DNA of 64,000 bases from a virus (lineage: Duplodnaviria; Caudoviricetes). Positions 30,909 to 40,515 of this stretch are shown piece after piece. Position 1 is the stretch's first letter. Each line of letters starts with the position of its first letter. The stretch lies in IMG/VR virus record IMGVR_UViG_3300042554_001750. One strand, given 5' to 3'. The translations under genes and the position numbers were made by a program. Below the pieces are notes generated by a model that was given only the letters and a program-made list of their open reading frames with translations, did no database searches and was not told the DNA's origin.

Positions 30909-33900
30909 TTATGTTGCTAAAGAGGCCGTGTATGCCTTGTATTTTTCAACAGAGTCTTTGTACGCTGCTACGTATTCTTGTAAGGCAGCTTGCAATTCTG
31001 GATCACCTTCGGGTAATGTATTTTTAAGTTCACGATATTTGGTTTGTGCTATTTTTAGTTTTGCTACTGCTTCTTCTGCTACTTTGTATAATCTATTTGC
31101 TTCTGCATTTTTTTTGTCTCTTTCCTCTCTAATTTTATCTAGTGGATTTTCTGTTTTAATAGTTCCAGTGTAATTTGGAGTAGGAATTCCAGGACCCAAT
31201 AAGCTAGAGATACCGGATGTAATTTCAGTTCGGTTAGTTGTGTCAATACCAACTGCCGGCAGTTTAATTGGCGTAGATCCTGAAGCACTTAAACTAGACA
31301 ATGCACTATTCAATTGCGATGCTAGTCCTGCAGGTAACCCGGCGCTTGCTAAACTTGTCAACGAAGAACCAGATTTTAATTTATCAAGTGCGCCTGTTAC
31401 TTGGCTTGCTGCTCCGGAAACTGTACCAGTTACTTGACCTGCTACACCTGCAACTGCTCCAGTAACTCTAGCTGAAGCTGCACCAACCGCACTATTCAAT
31501 GATATATTATTCATTGAAGCTGTGGTTGAGTTGCTAATCAATCCAGATATAGCTTCAGTTCCGGGAACTTTATTTGTAGCACCCGCCGCTTTACTGACTA
31601 CAGTAGCAACTGCTGATTGGGCGCCCGGTAATGCTGACACTCCACTAGCAATAGTTGAGGATAGACTTGCTGTTGTATTTTTAGCCAGATCAGTAACATT
31701 TCCAGGAACTGCATTTGCACTTTCAGCAATGGATTTTAAATTCTGTGGTACATTTGGCTTGAAAGATTTAAATGACGCAGTGATTGCTGCAAACGCAGAT
31801 CCTGCTACACCTTTGGCTGCGTCTAATAAACCACTTATTCCTGTAGATTTCCCTAATGCTCCAACCGCACCACTTATTGCACCCAATCCACCTGATACAT
31901 TTTGTGCTAATCCTGCGGCAAAACTTCCTGATTTGATTGTATTTGCAATATTACTGACAGCGCCTAAACCACCGGCAACAGCCGCTGTTGCGCCGCCCAC
32001 TAAGTTAGAAACGGCTCCGGTGACATTATTTGAAATATTCTTTACAGCATTTAATGTAGCATTAACTCCATTTTGAGATCCAGACATTACTAAACCTGCT
32101 AATACCTGCGGAGATTCTTTGCCTGTAATTGCTCCTGCACTAGTGAGCGAAGTTTGCGCAGATTTCAAATTATCAATTGTTGCAGATACTTGAGCAGTTG
32201 GGTTTTGAACTAATTTTTGTAAGTTTTCTGCTCCGGGTTTACCTGTAAACAAATTAGTTGACATTGCTGATTGAATCTTTGCACCGCTTGCAGCCAATGC
32301 ATTAACCAATGGTGCAGAACCGGGTTTTAATATTTTTGCTGTTTCTAATTGTTTTGGGGTTAATGCAGTTGAGCCAACCGCCGCTTTTACTCCTTGCGGA
32401 GTTTGCACAACACCTGCACCGGCTGCTACTGCAGCCGCAGCTGGACCAGTTGCTGCTGCTTGTGCCAAAGAACCAACTACAGATTTAGTTGTATTTTTGT
32501 CTAGGGCTGCACTTACCGCTGATGTACTTGGTACTGTAGCAACTGTAGCAGGGGAGACCAATGATGCATTTGGTGCGCTTGCTGATGCGTTATAGGTGCC
32601 GGCTACTGCTGCACTGGGCGCTTGTGGCAATTGACTACTTGCATTCATGTCTACTTTAATGTCAACACCCTGTCCTGCACTAGCCCAAGGTGCATGTGCA
32701 GGTGCCCTAGATGTTATACTTAAAAGTTTTCCGGGGGCAGCGGCAAATCCCTTTTGACTATCAAACAATGTATCGGTATGCGCAATCACAGGAATTGGCT
32801 TCACTTCTTTAGGAGTAACCGATGTTTGTCCAGTATTCAGATTAATCCGTTCCCCGTTTATATATGTAATTGCAGTACTAGCGAATGATGCAGTACCTTC
32901 TGATCCTAAACTCATAGGGCCGTCTACTTTGTGCGTATGAGTTCCTGTTGTGTGTACTGAATAATTAGAACCAATTTTATGATTTGTATCTTTTTCTGAA
33001 TTGATATTAATTGATTCAGCTTGTAAATTTAAATTTTTAGCAGCATTGATATTAACATCCCTATCAGCATGTAAATTTAAATCACCTTGTGTTCTGATGT
33101 TAACTGAGTTAGTTGAGAATAGATCAATAGTACCTTCTTTGCCTAATTCTATATAACTTTGACCATTGGCATGAAGAATCATTAATGTTTGACCATTGTC
33201 GCTCATTAATATTTGATGACCCAATGCTGTACGCAATCGTATAAGAGCATCATTACCTATTAAATCTCCGTCATCCATTACAAACGTGTGACCACCACGT
33301 CTTGAAATAACTTTTAAACCAGGTACTTGCTTGCCTTCTTTGACTAAGCTTGCAATTTTATCTTCATCATATCCACCTTCGTAAATAGGTCTACCTTGTG
33401 TGCTTATACCAAACACCCTACTAGGAGTTTCACGGTTAGCACTACTTGATATTGGTCCGCGAATTGGATCTCTTAAAATACCTTGCTGCCACATTGCCTG
33501 TGCCACATAAGTATGTACAGGTTTGGCTTCATTTAAAAAGTTTGAACTTTCAGCTTTTGCTTTATCATTTGTGTTTAAGTTGGTTACCGGTAATTTAGTT
33601 GCGCCACCGAATTTTACTGCTTCACTTTCATTCAACGTGACGTCCGGTGCAGAGCCAATAGCAGGCACCATATGCATTGCCTCTGGCTCAGGTACACATC
33701 CTATATAAAATCCATAGTTTGGATCACCATTAACAAAAATACAAATAACAGTTGTCCCAATATCAGGCGGACTATTCCAAAATCCATAACTGGTGGGGTT
33801 AGTTAGATAAGAACCGTAACTGTTTTCGCCGGACGAAGATGGTATAAATCCAAAGAAAGGTGGAAGATAACTAACAGGAGTCCAATTTTTTTCATCATTG

Positions 33901-34073
33901 GGATCTTTGCCGTTTAATCCCGATATGTAAACACGAATTCTTCCTGAACGAATGGGATCTATATTATCTTTTACAATGCCAAATACTGGAACTGTCTTAA
34001 CAATAGCTCCACCACTGTCTGGCTTAGCTCCTTTAACCCCTTTTCTAGGTAACCATAAGTTATCGTAACTCAT
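30909..34073 (-). CDS. gp5: Baseplate central spike, gp5/VgrG-like, with long Ala/Gly/Ser-rich C-terminal half (1054 aa)
   Basis: OB-fold GIVKDNIDPIRSGRIRVYI...WNSPPDIGTTVICIF; beta-helix RTALGHQILMSD...GDLNLHADRDVNINA; RAPAHAPW motif. Confidence 0.82.
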   Translation of the reverse strand: MSYDNLWLPRKGVKGAKPDSGGAIVKTVPVFGIVKDNIDPIRSGRIRVYISGLNGKDPNDEKNWTPVSYLPPFFGFIPSSSGENSYGSYLTNPTSYGFWNSPPDIGTTVICIFVNGDPNYGFYIGCVPEPEAMHMVPAIGSAPDVTLNESEAVKFGGATKLPVTNLNTNDKAKAESSNFLNEAKPVHTYVAQAMWQQGILRDPIRGPISSSANRETPSRVFGISTQGRPIYEGGYDEDKIASLVKEGKQVPGLKVISRRGGHTFVMDDGDLIGNDALIRLRTALGHQILMSDNGQTLMILHANGQSYIELGKEGTIDLFSTNSVNIRTQGDLNLHADRDVNINAAKNLNLQAESININSEKDTNHKIGSNYSVHTTGTHTHKVDGPMSLGSEGTASFASTAITYINGERINLNTGQTSVTPKEVKPIPVIAHTDTLFDSQKGFAAAPGKLLSITSRAPAHAPWASAGQGVDIKVDMNASSQLPQAPSAAVAGTYNASASAPNASLVSPATVATVPSTSAVSAALDKNTTKSVVGSLAQAAATGPAAAAVAAGAGVVQTPQGVKAAVGSTALTPKQLETAKILKPGSAPLVNALAASGAKIQSAMSTNLFTGKPGAENLQKLVQNPTAQVSATIDNLKSAQTSLTSAGAITGKESPQVLAGLVMSGSQNGVNATLNAVKNISNNVTGAVSNLVGGATAAVAGGLGAVSNIANTIKSGSFAAGLAQNVSGGLGAISGAVGALGKSTGISGLLDAAKGVAGSAFAAITASFKSFKPNVPQNLKSIAESANAVPGNVTDLAKNTTASLSSTIASGVSALPGAQSAVATVVSKAAGATNKVPGTEAISGLISNSTTASMNNISLNSAVGAASARVTGAVAGVAGQVTGTVSGAASQVTGALDKLKSGSSLTSLASAGLPAGLASQLNSALSSLSASGSTPIKLPAVGIDTTNRTEITSGISSLLGPGIPTPNYTGTIKTENPLDKIREERDKKNAEANRLYKVAEEAVAKLKIAQTKYRELKNTLPEGDPELQAALQEYVAAYKDSVEKYKAYTASLAT

Positions 34074-36412
34074 TCTTCTCTGCCCCCCTGATCAACCGGT
34101 TGTCCACCAGATGCCTCATTTTCATTGTCTGCCGGTGAAACATTGGATGGTGTCTCTGTGGGCACCTCGGAGTATTGTTCTGGAGGTTCTTGTAACAAGC
34201 CTGTGTTACTTGTAGTTCCATTGCCAGATTCAGAAGGAGAGCTACCTGTTCTTCCTTCAGCCTCGCGAGTATCTTCACGTTGATTTTCTGAATTAGTTGT
34301 ATTATTGGATGCGTTACTCCATGCATTCTCATCAGAACTAAACGTGTTGATAGAACATGTTATTTCTTGTATAAATTTACCTTTACTAAAGGTAGCATCA
34401 ACATTACGAACCCAAAAACTCACGCCATTAACTAATTTTTTAATACTTTCTGGATATTGCCAAAATACTATTTGATCATTAATGTCTAATAAGCCGGTGT
34501 TATTTTCATAATCAATTGCTTCTTTGAAATTTAATTCAATGAATACTTGCCCTGTTCTTGGATTAATAGTTCTACCATCGGCTTCATAAAAAGTTTTATA
34601 AACTGGTAGTGTTCTAACATCTGTAAATGAATCTTGCATTAAAAAATCAGGATCTCCTAATATTGTAATTTTAGCCGTACTAAATGATTTTGGGTCAAAT
34701 AAATTTGTTAGGTATGCACCCTGAGCTTGCATGCCTACTCCTTTTGCACCTGTAACATCTGCATTTTGGGGGAAACCCTGTACTACAGGTATTCCCGCTT
34801 GTCCCGATTTCACTGTTGCAGAATTTGTGGGGTCTAATGCTACAATAAAATATCCATTGTTATTTGTTTGTTCATAACTAATAACTTCACTGTTTTTTCC
34901 TGTAAACCAATAATCATACCTTTTTACTGGACCATAATATTTTTGAGAATTGTTTGAGTATGCATTTACTAATACTGGCGTTTCATAAGGTGAAATTAAT
35001 AGTGTAATTTCATATGCATACTGATTTAATCTAGTGTCATATCCAATTACTTTTACTTTACTAGATAAATTATACCATTTAACAGTATCGGGTTTATCTT
35101 TATTTGGTTCTTCTTCAAAATCTTTTTTATTTGGATCTGGTTGATTTACAGAATCATAAACAGTTTTTAAGGCTTGCGTCATGTACTCGCTTTGTACAAT
35201 AACTCTTTCTACACACGCAATAATTGAAGTACTACTTAATAATGTTATAGTTTTTTTTGTAAGATTTGGATTTGATCGTGCCGCGGTCACTTCATTAACT
35301 TCAGCAGTGTTTTTAGCAGGGGTCCACCCGGCTTTAAGTTTGTCCAGATCATTTGGTAATACAATTTTAGCATTTCGTAAAGTTTCAGTATCCCCAATAA
35401 ATTCTAATTTATAAACATTTGGAATTAAAGCACCTGAAGTTTTTTGCCAGGCATTTAATTGGTCTATCATACCATTAGGACCAGTTAAAGCTTCTTCAAC
35501 ATTACTGGCTTCTAATGTTACATTTTTATTAAATACTCCACGCATCAATGTGAATGTTTCATAGGGGGCGACTGACACTGCATTTATGTTATAAACTACA
35601 GCTTTACCATCTATTTTAAAGTTTATTTTGTTTAAATTGATAGTATAAAATGTTTCATATACTCCATTGCCCGAGCCGTTAGGGTCTGTTATGCTTCCGT
35701 TTATCAATTCTTTTCCGGTTAGTAAATTCCCAACCGAGTCGTATCCTTGAAATCTTATTCCCAACACAAATTTTTGTCTGCTTGGATTTCGTTGTTCTTT
35801 GGCATTTAATGTTTCGCTATACTGAGCGATAGCGTCTGCTGCAATTTTTAAACGATTTAAAAAACTAAATCCATATGGTTCAATAACTTGAAATGAAAAT
35901 GTAGTCTGTATAGTAGTAGATCCAGTTGTGCTTGGGGCAATCAAACTTTTAATTTTTAATTCATCAATGGCGTAGTCTAATTCAAAACCGGGTGCTCTTG
36001 GAGTAGTTTTGTTATTTGAGCCACCGCTTTGTAATATTAAATAGGCGCCGCCTTTTAAATTACTACTAGAACTATCAGTTGTAGTTTTACCTATTACTAA
36101 ATCTTTAATATTTTTTCTACCAGATTCTTCAAACGCATTGAAAGCATCAGGTGTAAGCATATACAAAGAAAGTTGATATGTGTAACTTGAAAATAAACTT
36201 AATGGATTTTTTCTTATAGTGGGTTTTTTAGAAGCCGGAGTAGACGCCGGTGTGCCTGACTTTCCTGCAGTTGTGGTGCCTGCGTTTGGGCTACTAGTTG
36301 AGTTTAGTGGAGAAAGTGCAGGAGGATTTACTCCACTATTAACTTGATTTTGTGTATCTGTGGTATTATTTTGCTGAGTACCACTATCATCGTCTAATAA
36401 TGTAACTGGCAT
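34070..36412 (-). CDS. Baseplate hub protein (gp27-like) with disordered termini (780 aa)
   Basis: NPLSLFSSYTYQLSL, FQVIEPYGFSFL, YDYWFTGKNSEV, AKITILGDPDFL motifs; position between gp53 and gp5. Confidence 0.65.
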   Translation of the reverse strand: MPVTLLDDDSGTQQNNTTDTQNQVNSGVNPPALSPLNSTSSPNAGTTTAGKSGTPASTPASKKPTIRKNPLSLFSSYTYQLSLYMLTPDAFNAFEESGRKNIKDLVIGKTTTDSSSSNLKGGAYLILQSGGSNNKTTPRAPGFELDYAIDELKIKSLIAPSTTGSTTIQTTFSFQVIEPYGFSFLNRLKIAADAIAQYSETLNAKEQRNPSRQKFVLGIRFQGYDSVGNLLTGKELINGSITDPNGSGNGVYETFYTINLNKINFKIDGKAVVYNINAVSVAPYETFTLMRGVFNKNVTLEASNVEEALTGPNGMIDQLNAWQKTSGALIPNVYKLEFIGDTETLRNAKIVLPNDLDKLKAGWTPAKNTAEVNEVTAARSNPNLTKKTITLLSSTSIIACVERVIVQSEYMTQALKTVYDSVNQPDPNKKDFEEEPNKDKPDTVKWYNLSSKVKVIGYDTRLNQYAYEITLLISPYETPVLVNAYSNNSQKYYGPVKRYDYWFTGKNSEVISYEQTNNNGYFIVALDPTNSATVKSGQAGIPVVQGFPQNADVTGAKGVGMQAQGAYLTNLFDPKSFSTAKITILGDPDFLMQDSFTDVRTLPVYKTFYEADGRTINPRTGQVFIELNFKEAIDYENNTGLLDINDQIVFWQYPESIKKLVNGVSFWVRNVDATFSKGKFIQEITCSINTFSSDENAWSNASNNTTNSENQREDTREAEGRTGSSPSESGNGTTSNTGLLQEPPEQYSEVPTETPSNVSPADNENEASGGQPVDQGGREE

Positions 36413-36724
36413 TTATATTCCCAATATCTGCTTCAATGTATCTAATTTAGGTATATAAATACTGACCCCTGCTTTAAAATCAAACAATGGGTCTTTTAAC
36501 TTGTTTGGATTTCTTTGCGCAAATGCCCACCACAATCTACTATCCTGATATAAGTCATATGCTAATAAATCAGGTCTGTATTCATATACTGGTTTTATTT
36601 CCATATACACATCACTGGATAGCATAGGTATAGGACGATTAACCATTATGTCTAAAAACTGAGCTTTGTAAATATCAGTTGCGTTATACGGACTTGTTGC
36701 CGGATATGAGTTATTAACAGCCAT
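36413..36724 (-). CDS. gp53: Baseplate wedge protein, gp53/LysM-like (true start probably the ATG at 36724)
   Basis: YEYRPDLLAYDLYQDSRLWWAFAQRNP...GVSIYIP; TAATG overlap with the upstream gene. Confidence 0.8.
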   Translation of the reverse strand: MAVNNSYPATSPYNATDIYKAQFLDIMVNRPIPMLSSDVYMEIKPVYEYRPDLLAYDLYQDSRLWWAFAQRNPNKLKDPLFDFKAGVSIYIPKLDTLKQILGI

Positions 36725-38424
36725 TACCAAATACCTCCGCGCTTAGTTTGTGTTCCGCGCATTAATTTTCCTGTTGCATATTCTTTCAAACTGAAATAAG
36801 TGCTTATGTTATTTCTACTTATAATTGGAACAGCACTGATAGTTATTTGCATTTTGGTTGGGACATATGTAGGAGTAACTGTTCCTCCTGTTTGTTCGCT
36901 AAAATCCGGAGGCTCTGTAAGACCACCGAATCCAACACCAGAACCTGCCATTCTTGCACTAGAGGGATTATATGTGTTGTTAGGCACGTTAGACGCTGAC
37001 TTGTTTACACCAGCCAATGTAGTTTCATTGGTTGTAGCTCTAATATAATCAACTTCAGTAGGTAAACTATAGTTAAATGTTGTAATTGCCAATGGATGTG
37101 CTTCAAATTGAAATGCTCCCAATCCATACAAATAACACAATGGGGGAGGAGTTCCGGGAGCAGGACCATCATCTTGACCATAAAACATTTTTGTCACTGA
37201 CCTAAAAAAGTGTATGACTGCAAGCAAATAATTTGCTTCGTAAGTATCCTGTGCAGTAAAGTCGCAAGTAATGGTAACTTGATCAATACCACTATTTTTA
37301 TACTGATAAACTTTATAGTTTGTATGTACTAGATCGGTTGCATCATAATGTGCAGCATAATTTACTTGAATACTAGGTGTATAAGGGAACAACACTCCGT
37401 CGGTAGCTGCCAATGGTGCTAAGATTCCAGGTTTAGGTGCTTTATAAAGATATTTTGCGCCCGGTGTTAAACTTAAACGGACACGCCAGTCTTTTTTAAG
37501 TTCAAAGTTTGCCTGATCTTGTTTAGTGGCTTGCTGTCTTGCATTTTTTGTTGCAGCCAAGCCTTGTGCTGCCGTTGTGTAATATGTTTCACCTGTTTCA
37601 GGATTTATTGCCACACCTTGTGCTACAGTGCCATCTTCTGCTCTAATTGGTATACCTGAAGTATTTGCATCTATTGTTTTTTGCTGTTGAACAGCTTCAT
37701 CAACTCCAGCAAATTCGTCAAAGGGTTGATCATCTCCTCTTGGTGGGTCTGTATAAATTACATCACCAGTTTCCGTATTTCTTAAAGCACCGGTAGCAGG
37801 TGTACCGTCTTCCGACAACACGGTTGTAGTTCCTTGTTGCCTTACTATAGCATCATCTAAATTTCCAAATTCTGTATCAACATTTGCCGGTTGTGACACT
37901 GGGGGCTGTTCTGCGTTAGCTGTTGAAGAAGTCAATGGGGTTGTAGTCTGTGGTTGCGATACAGTCGGAGTCGCATTTCCCAATGTGTTTGTTACAGCCC
38001 CTCCCGTTACTGCAACTGCGGTAGCATTTGACACCGGAGGGTCTTCCACAGGAGGAACTGCGTTTGCGTTGCTTGCGGGCACCACTGGCGCCGGGGGGTT
38101 AGGATTTTGGGGTACGGTAGAATTGGTAGCAGTCGCGGCTGTGTCGGCACTTTGAGCCTGTGAAGTAACATTAGTTTGTACTGTACTCAAGGCGGATATT
38201 CCGGCTCCAATGGACAAAATTGATCCGCCTTGATTCCTTATTTGAAATGACAATTCAGCACGATTTTTTGCAGTTAATGGACTCTCGCCAGCAGGCAGAG
38301 TGAATGAGACTCTGATACCAGTAGCTGAAGTTATTGTATAAGCTATAGTATTAGCTTCGGTGTTAAACACTGCATTGGTGGTTGACCCATCAGTATTGTT
38401 AACTGTATTGCTATATTGTGGCAT
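36724..38424 (-). CDS. Tail-tube initiator / baseplate cap (gp48/gp54-like) with ~310-aa low-complexity N-terminal extension (566 aa)
   Basis: C-terminal half DWRVRLSL...GVLFPYTPSIQVNYAAHYD...VTITCDFTAQ...FFRSVTKMFYG...PPPLCYLYG; tube-fold family. Confidence 0.7.
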   Translation of the reverse strand: MPQYSNTVNNTDGSTTNAVFNTEANTIAYTITSATGIRVSFTLPAGESPLTAKNRAELSFQIRNQGGSILSIGAGISALSTVQTNVTSQAQSADTAATATNSTVPQNPNPPAPVVPASNANAVPPVEDPPVSNATAVAVTGGAVTNTLGNATPTVSQPQTTTPLTSSTANAEQPPVSQPANVDTEFGNLDDAIVRQQGTTTVLSEDGTPATGALRNTETGDVIYTDPPRGDDQPFDEFAGVDEAVQQQKTIDANTSGIPIRAEDGTVAQGVAINPETGETYYTTAAQGLAATKNARQQATKQDQANFELKKDWRVRLSLTPGAKYLYKAPKPGILAPLAATDGVLFPYTPSIQVNYAAHYDATDLVHTNYKVYQYKNSGIDQVTITCDFTAQDTYEANYLLAVIHFFRSVTKMFYGQDDGPAPGTPPPLCYLYGLGAFQFEAHPLAITTFNYSLPTEVDYIRATTNETTLAGVNKSASNVPNNTYNPSSARMAGSGVGFGGLTEPPDFSEQTGGTVTPTYVPTKMQITISAVPIISRNNISTYFSLKEYATGKLMRGTQTKRGGIW

Positions 38425-38496
38425 AATCTCTTTTATCCTTAATTATATTTATCGCATAAATAAGTGTGCTATTTTCCCTTTTCTCCCCCTAAACTG

Positions 38497-38525
38497 TTGC
38501 AATTTTGCAACTTCTATGCTACATT
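38497..38525 (+). promoter_or_regulatory. Sigma70-type promoter for the late sigma gene, overlapped by a 16-bp palindrome
   Basis: TTGCAA-17 bp-TACATT with extended -10 TG; GTTGCAA-TT-TTGCAAC at 38496-38511. Confidence 0.55.
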
Positions 38526-38549
38526 GCTAGCAAATTATAAAAGGAACCT

Positions 38550-39452
38550 ATGACTTTACCAACCAAAAAACCCGTCAATTATCTTAACAATAAAGATATA
38601 TTGAAGGAAATTCATGAAAGCAAAACAACATATTGTTACTACACAAAACAAGAATACAACCGTTACGATTATATTGTGGACATGCCCCATGAAACATTAG
38701 AAAAGTGTTTTGAGCATGCGAACAAACCAGAAATTATTCAATTAGCCAAAGAAAATCGCGCAGCTAGGTTATCAGTAGAAACCGGTGAAAAAGTTGACCC
38801 GAACACTATACTAACTACCGATTTAGTCTTTAGAGTTATGACTTGGGATCATATTCCATTGAGTCAGAAACAACCCAGAAAAACTGTAAAAAAGAAAAGC
38901 GCCAAAGACATATTTGACTTTGACGAGCCGGATCCCGATGAAATCTTTGCAGATTTAGAAGATAGTACAACCAAAGATGAAGTAGATGACATGGTTCATG
39001 TCAAGGTTAATTTTCCACCATTTCAACACTACAAGATTGACGAAACCAATACATTTTATTGTGTCGGAAAGAGTCATTGGACTGGTGGTTTAAAGATGGG
39101 TCAGTTCAGCAAAGACCACGGTAAAATTACCAATAAATTAGCTCGCATGTATATTATGATGTGCGAAAAGTACGCTATGAAGTATAACTGGAGAGGTTAT
39201 ACATATAATGACGAAATGCGTAACAGTGCCATTCTTCAGTTGACGTATGTTGGTTTGCGTTTCAACGAAGCCAAATCTAGTAACCCATTTGCTTACTACA
39301 CCGCAGCTATTACCAATAGTTTTTGTCGTGTACTAAACACTGAAAAGCGTAATCAAAACATCCGTGATGACATTCTAGAACTAAATGGACTTAACCCAAG
39401 TTGGTCTAGACAGGGTGCTGGCGCCGGTGGCGCAGTCATGTTTGACGAATAA
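38550..39452 (+). CDS. gp55: Late-transcription sigma factor, gp55-like (300 aa)
   Basis: VNYLNNKDILKEI; WRGYTYNDEMRNSAILQL...RFNEAKSSNPFAYYTAAITNSFCRVLNTEKRNQNIRD. Confidence 0.88.
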   Translation: MTLPTKKPVNYLNNKDILKEIHESKTTYCYYTKQEYNRYDYIVDMPHETLEKCFEHANKPEIIQLAKENRAARLSVETGEKVDPNTILTTDLVFRVMTWDHIPLSQKQPRKTVKKKSAKDIFDFDEPDPDEIFADLEDSTTKDEVDDMVHVKVNFPPFQHYKIDETNTFYCVGKSHWTGGLKMGQFSKDHGKITNKLARMYIMMCEKYAMKYNWRGYTYNDEMRNSAILQLTYVGLRFNEAKSSNPFAYYTAAITNSFCRVLNTEKRNQNIRDDILELNGLNPSWSRQGAGAGGAVMFDE

Positions 39453-39459
39453 TTTATCC

Positions 39460-39495
39460 AATAGCGTTGTAATCCAACGCTATTTTCATTATACT
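39460..39495 (+). promoter_or_regulatory. Sigma70-type promoter for gp47 inside a 10-bp inverted repeat (could double as the gp55 terminator)
   Basis: TTGTAA-17 bp-TATACT, 6 nt before ATG 39502; AATAGCGTTG-taatc-CAACGCTATT followed by TT. Confidence 0.6.
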
Positions 39496-39501
39496 GTTTG
39501 A

Positions 39502-40515
39502 ATGAGTAACCTTTTTAAGAAAGCGGCTGTTTTTACCGATATCCATTTTGGATTGAAGTCAAACAGCTTGCAACATAACCAAGACTGTTCCAATTTCGTA
39601 GATTGGTTTATTGAAAAAGCAAAAAAAGAAAACTGTGAAACATGTTTCTTTCTAGGTGATTACAATCATCATAGAGCAAGTATCAATATCCACACACTTC
39701 AATTTGGATTACAAGCATTAGAAAAGTTAAACAATGCATTTGACCATGTCTACTTCATCCCCGGTAATCATGATTTATATTACAGGGATCGCAGAGATAT
39801 TCATAGTGTTGAATGGGCGAAACATTTACCCAATGTACAAATTATAAATGATTTTTACAAAGACGGTGATGTAGTCATTGCCCCCTGGCTCGTACAAGAA
39901 GATTACAAAAAACTAAAGAAAATGTCTGGCAAGTATTTGTTCGGGCATTTAGAACTCCCCAATTTCTACATGAATGCTATGGTTGAAATGCCAGATCACG
40001 GTGAAATCAACGAATCTCACTTAACTGGTTTTGACAAAGCATTCAGCGGTCACTTTCATAAGCGTCAAGCCCGTAAAAATATTTGGTATATTGGTAATGC
40101 GTTCCCACATAACTATGCTGACGCCGGAGATGATCAACGTGGTATGATGGTGTTAGAGTGGGGGCAAGACCCTGTATTTCATAGCTGGCCACGACAGCCC
40201 GTTTACCGCGTACACAAACTCAGCGAAATACTAGAACAACCAGAAGGCTATCTTTTGATTGATAGCCATGTTAGAGTACATCTAGACATTGAAATCAGCT
40301 ATGAGGAGGCTAACTTTTTGCGTGAAACATGGATTCCTGAATATAAGTTGCGTGAAATGACATTGATACCAATGAAGTTGGAACAAGCAGAAACTCAAGG
40401 ACACGATGGGCTTAAGTTTGAAAGCGTTGACCAGATCATATTAGATCAAATCAATAGTATTGAGAGCAAAAGCTTTGACAAAAAGATGTTACTAGAAATT
40501 TATAATAACCTATGA
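39502..40515 (+). CDS. gp47: Recombination endonuclease subunit, SbcD/Mre11-like (337 aa)
   Basis: Metallophosphoesterase motifs TDIH, LGDY, GNHD, FGH, SGHFH. Confidence 0.93.
   Translation: MSNLFKKAAVFTDIHFGLKSNSLQHNQDCSNFVDWFIEKAKKENCETCFFLGDYNHHRASINIHTLQFGLQALEKLNNAFDHVYFIPGNHDLYYRDRRDIHSVEWAKHLPNVQIINDFYKDGDVVIAPWLVQEDYKKLKKMSGKYLFGHLELPNFYMNAMVEMPDHGEINESHLTGFDKAFSGHFHKRQARKNIWYIGNAFPHNYADAGDDQRGMMVLEWGQDPVFHSWPRQPVYRVHKLSEILEQPEGYLLIDSHVRVHLDIEISYEEANFLRETWIPEYKLREMTLIPMKLEQAETQGHDGLKFESVDQIILDQINSIESKSFDKKMLLEIYNNL

Noticed and set aside
36725-36730. Longer gp53 start (MVMAV...) given by the ORF track
   Set aside because: The second ATG (36724) forms the TAATG coupling seen repeatedly in this genome and is the more likely start.
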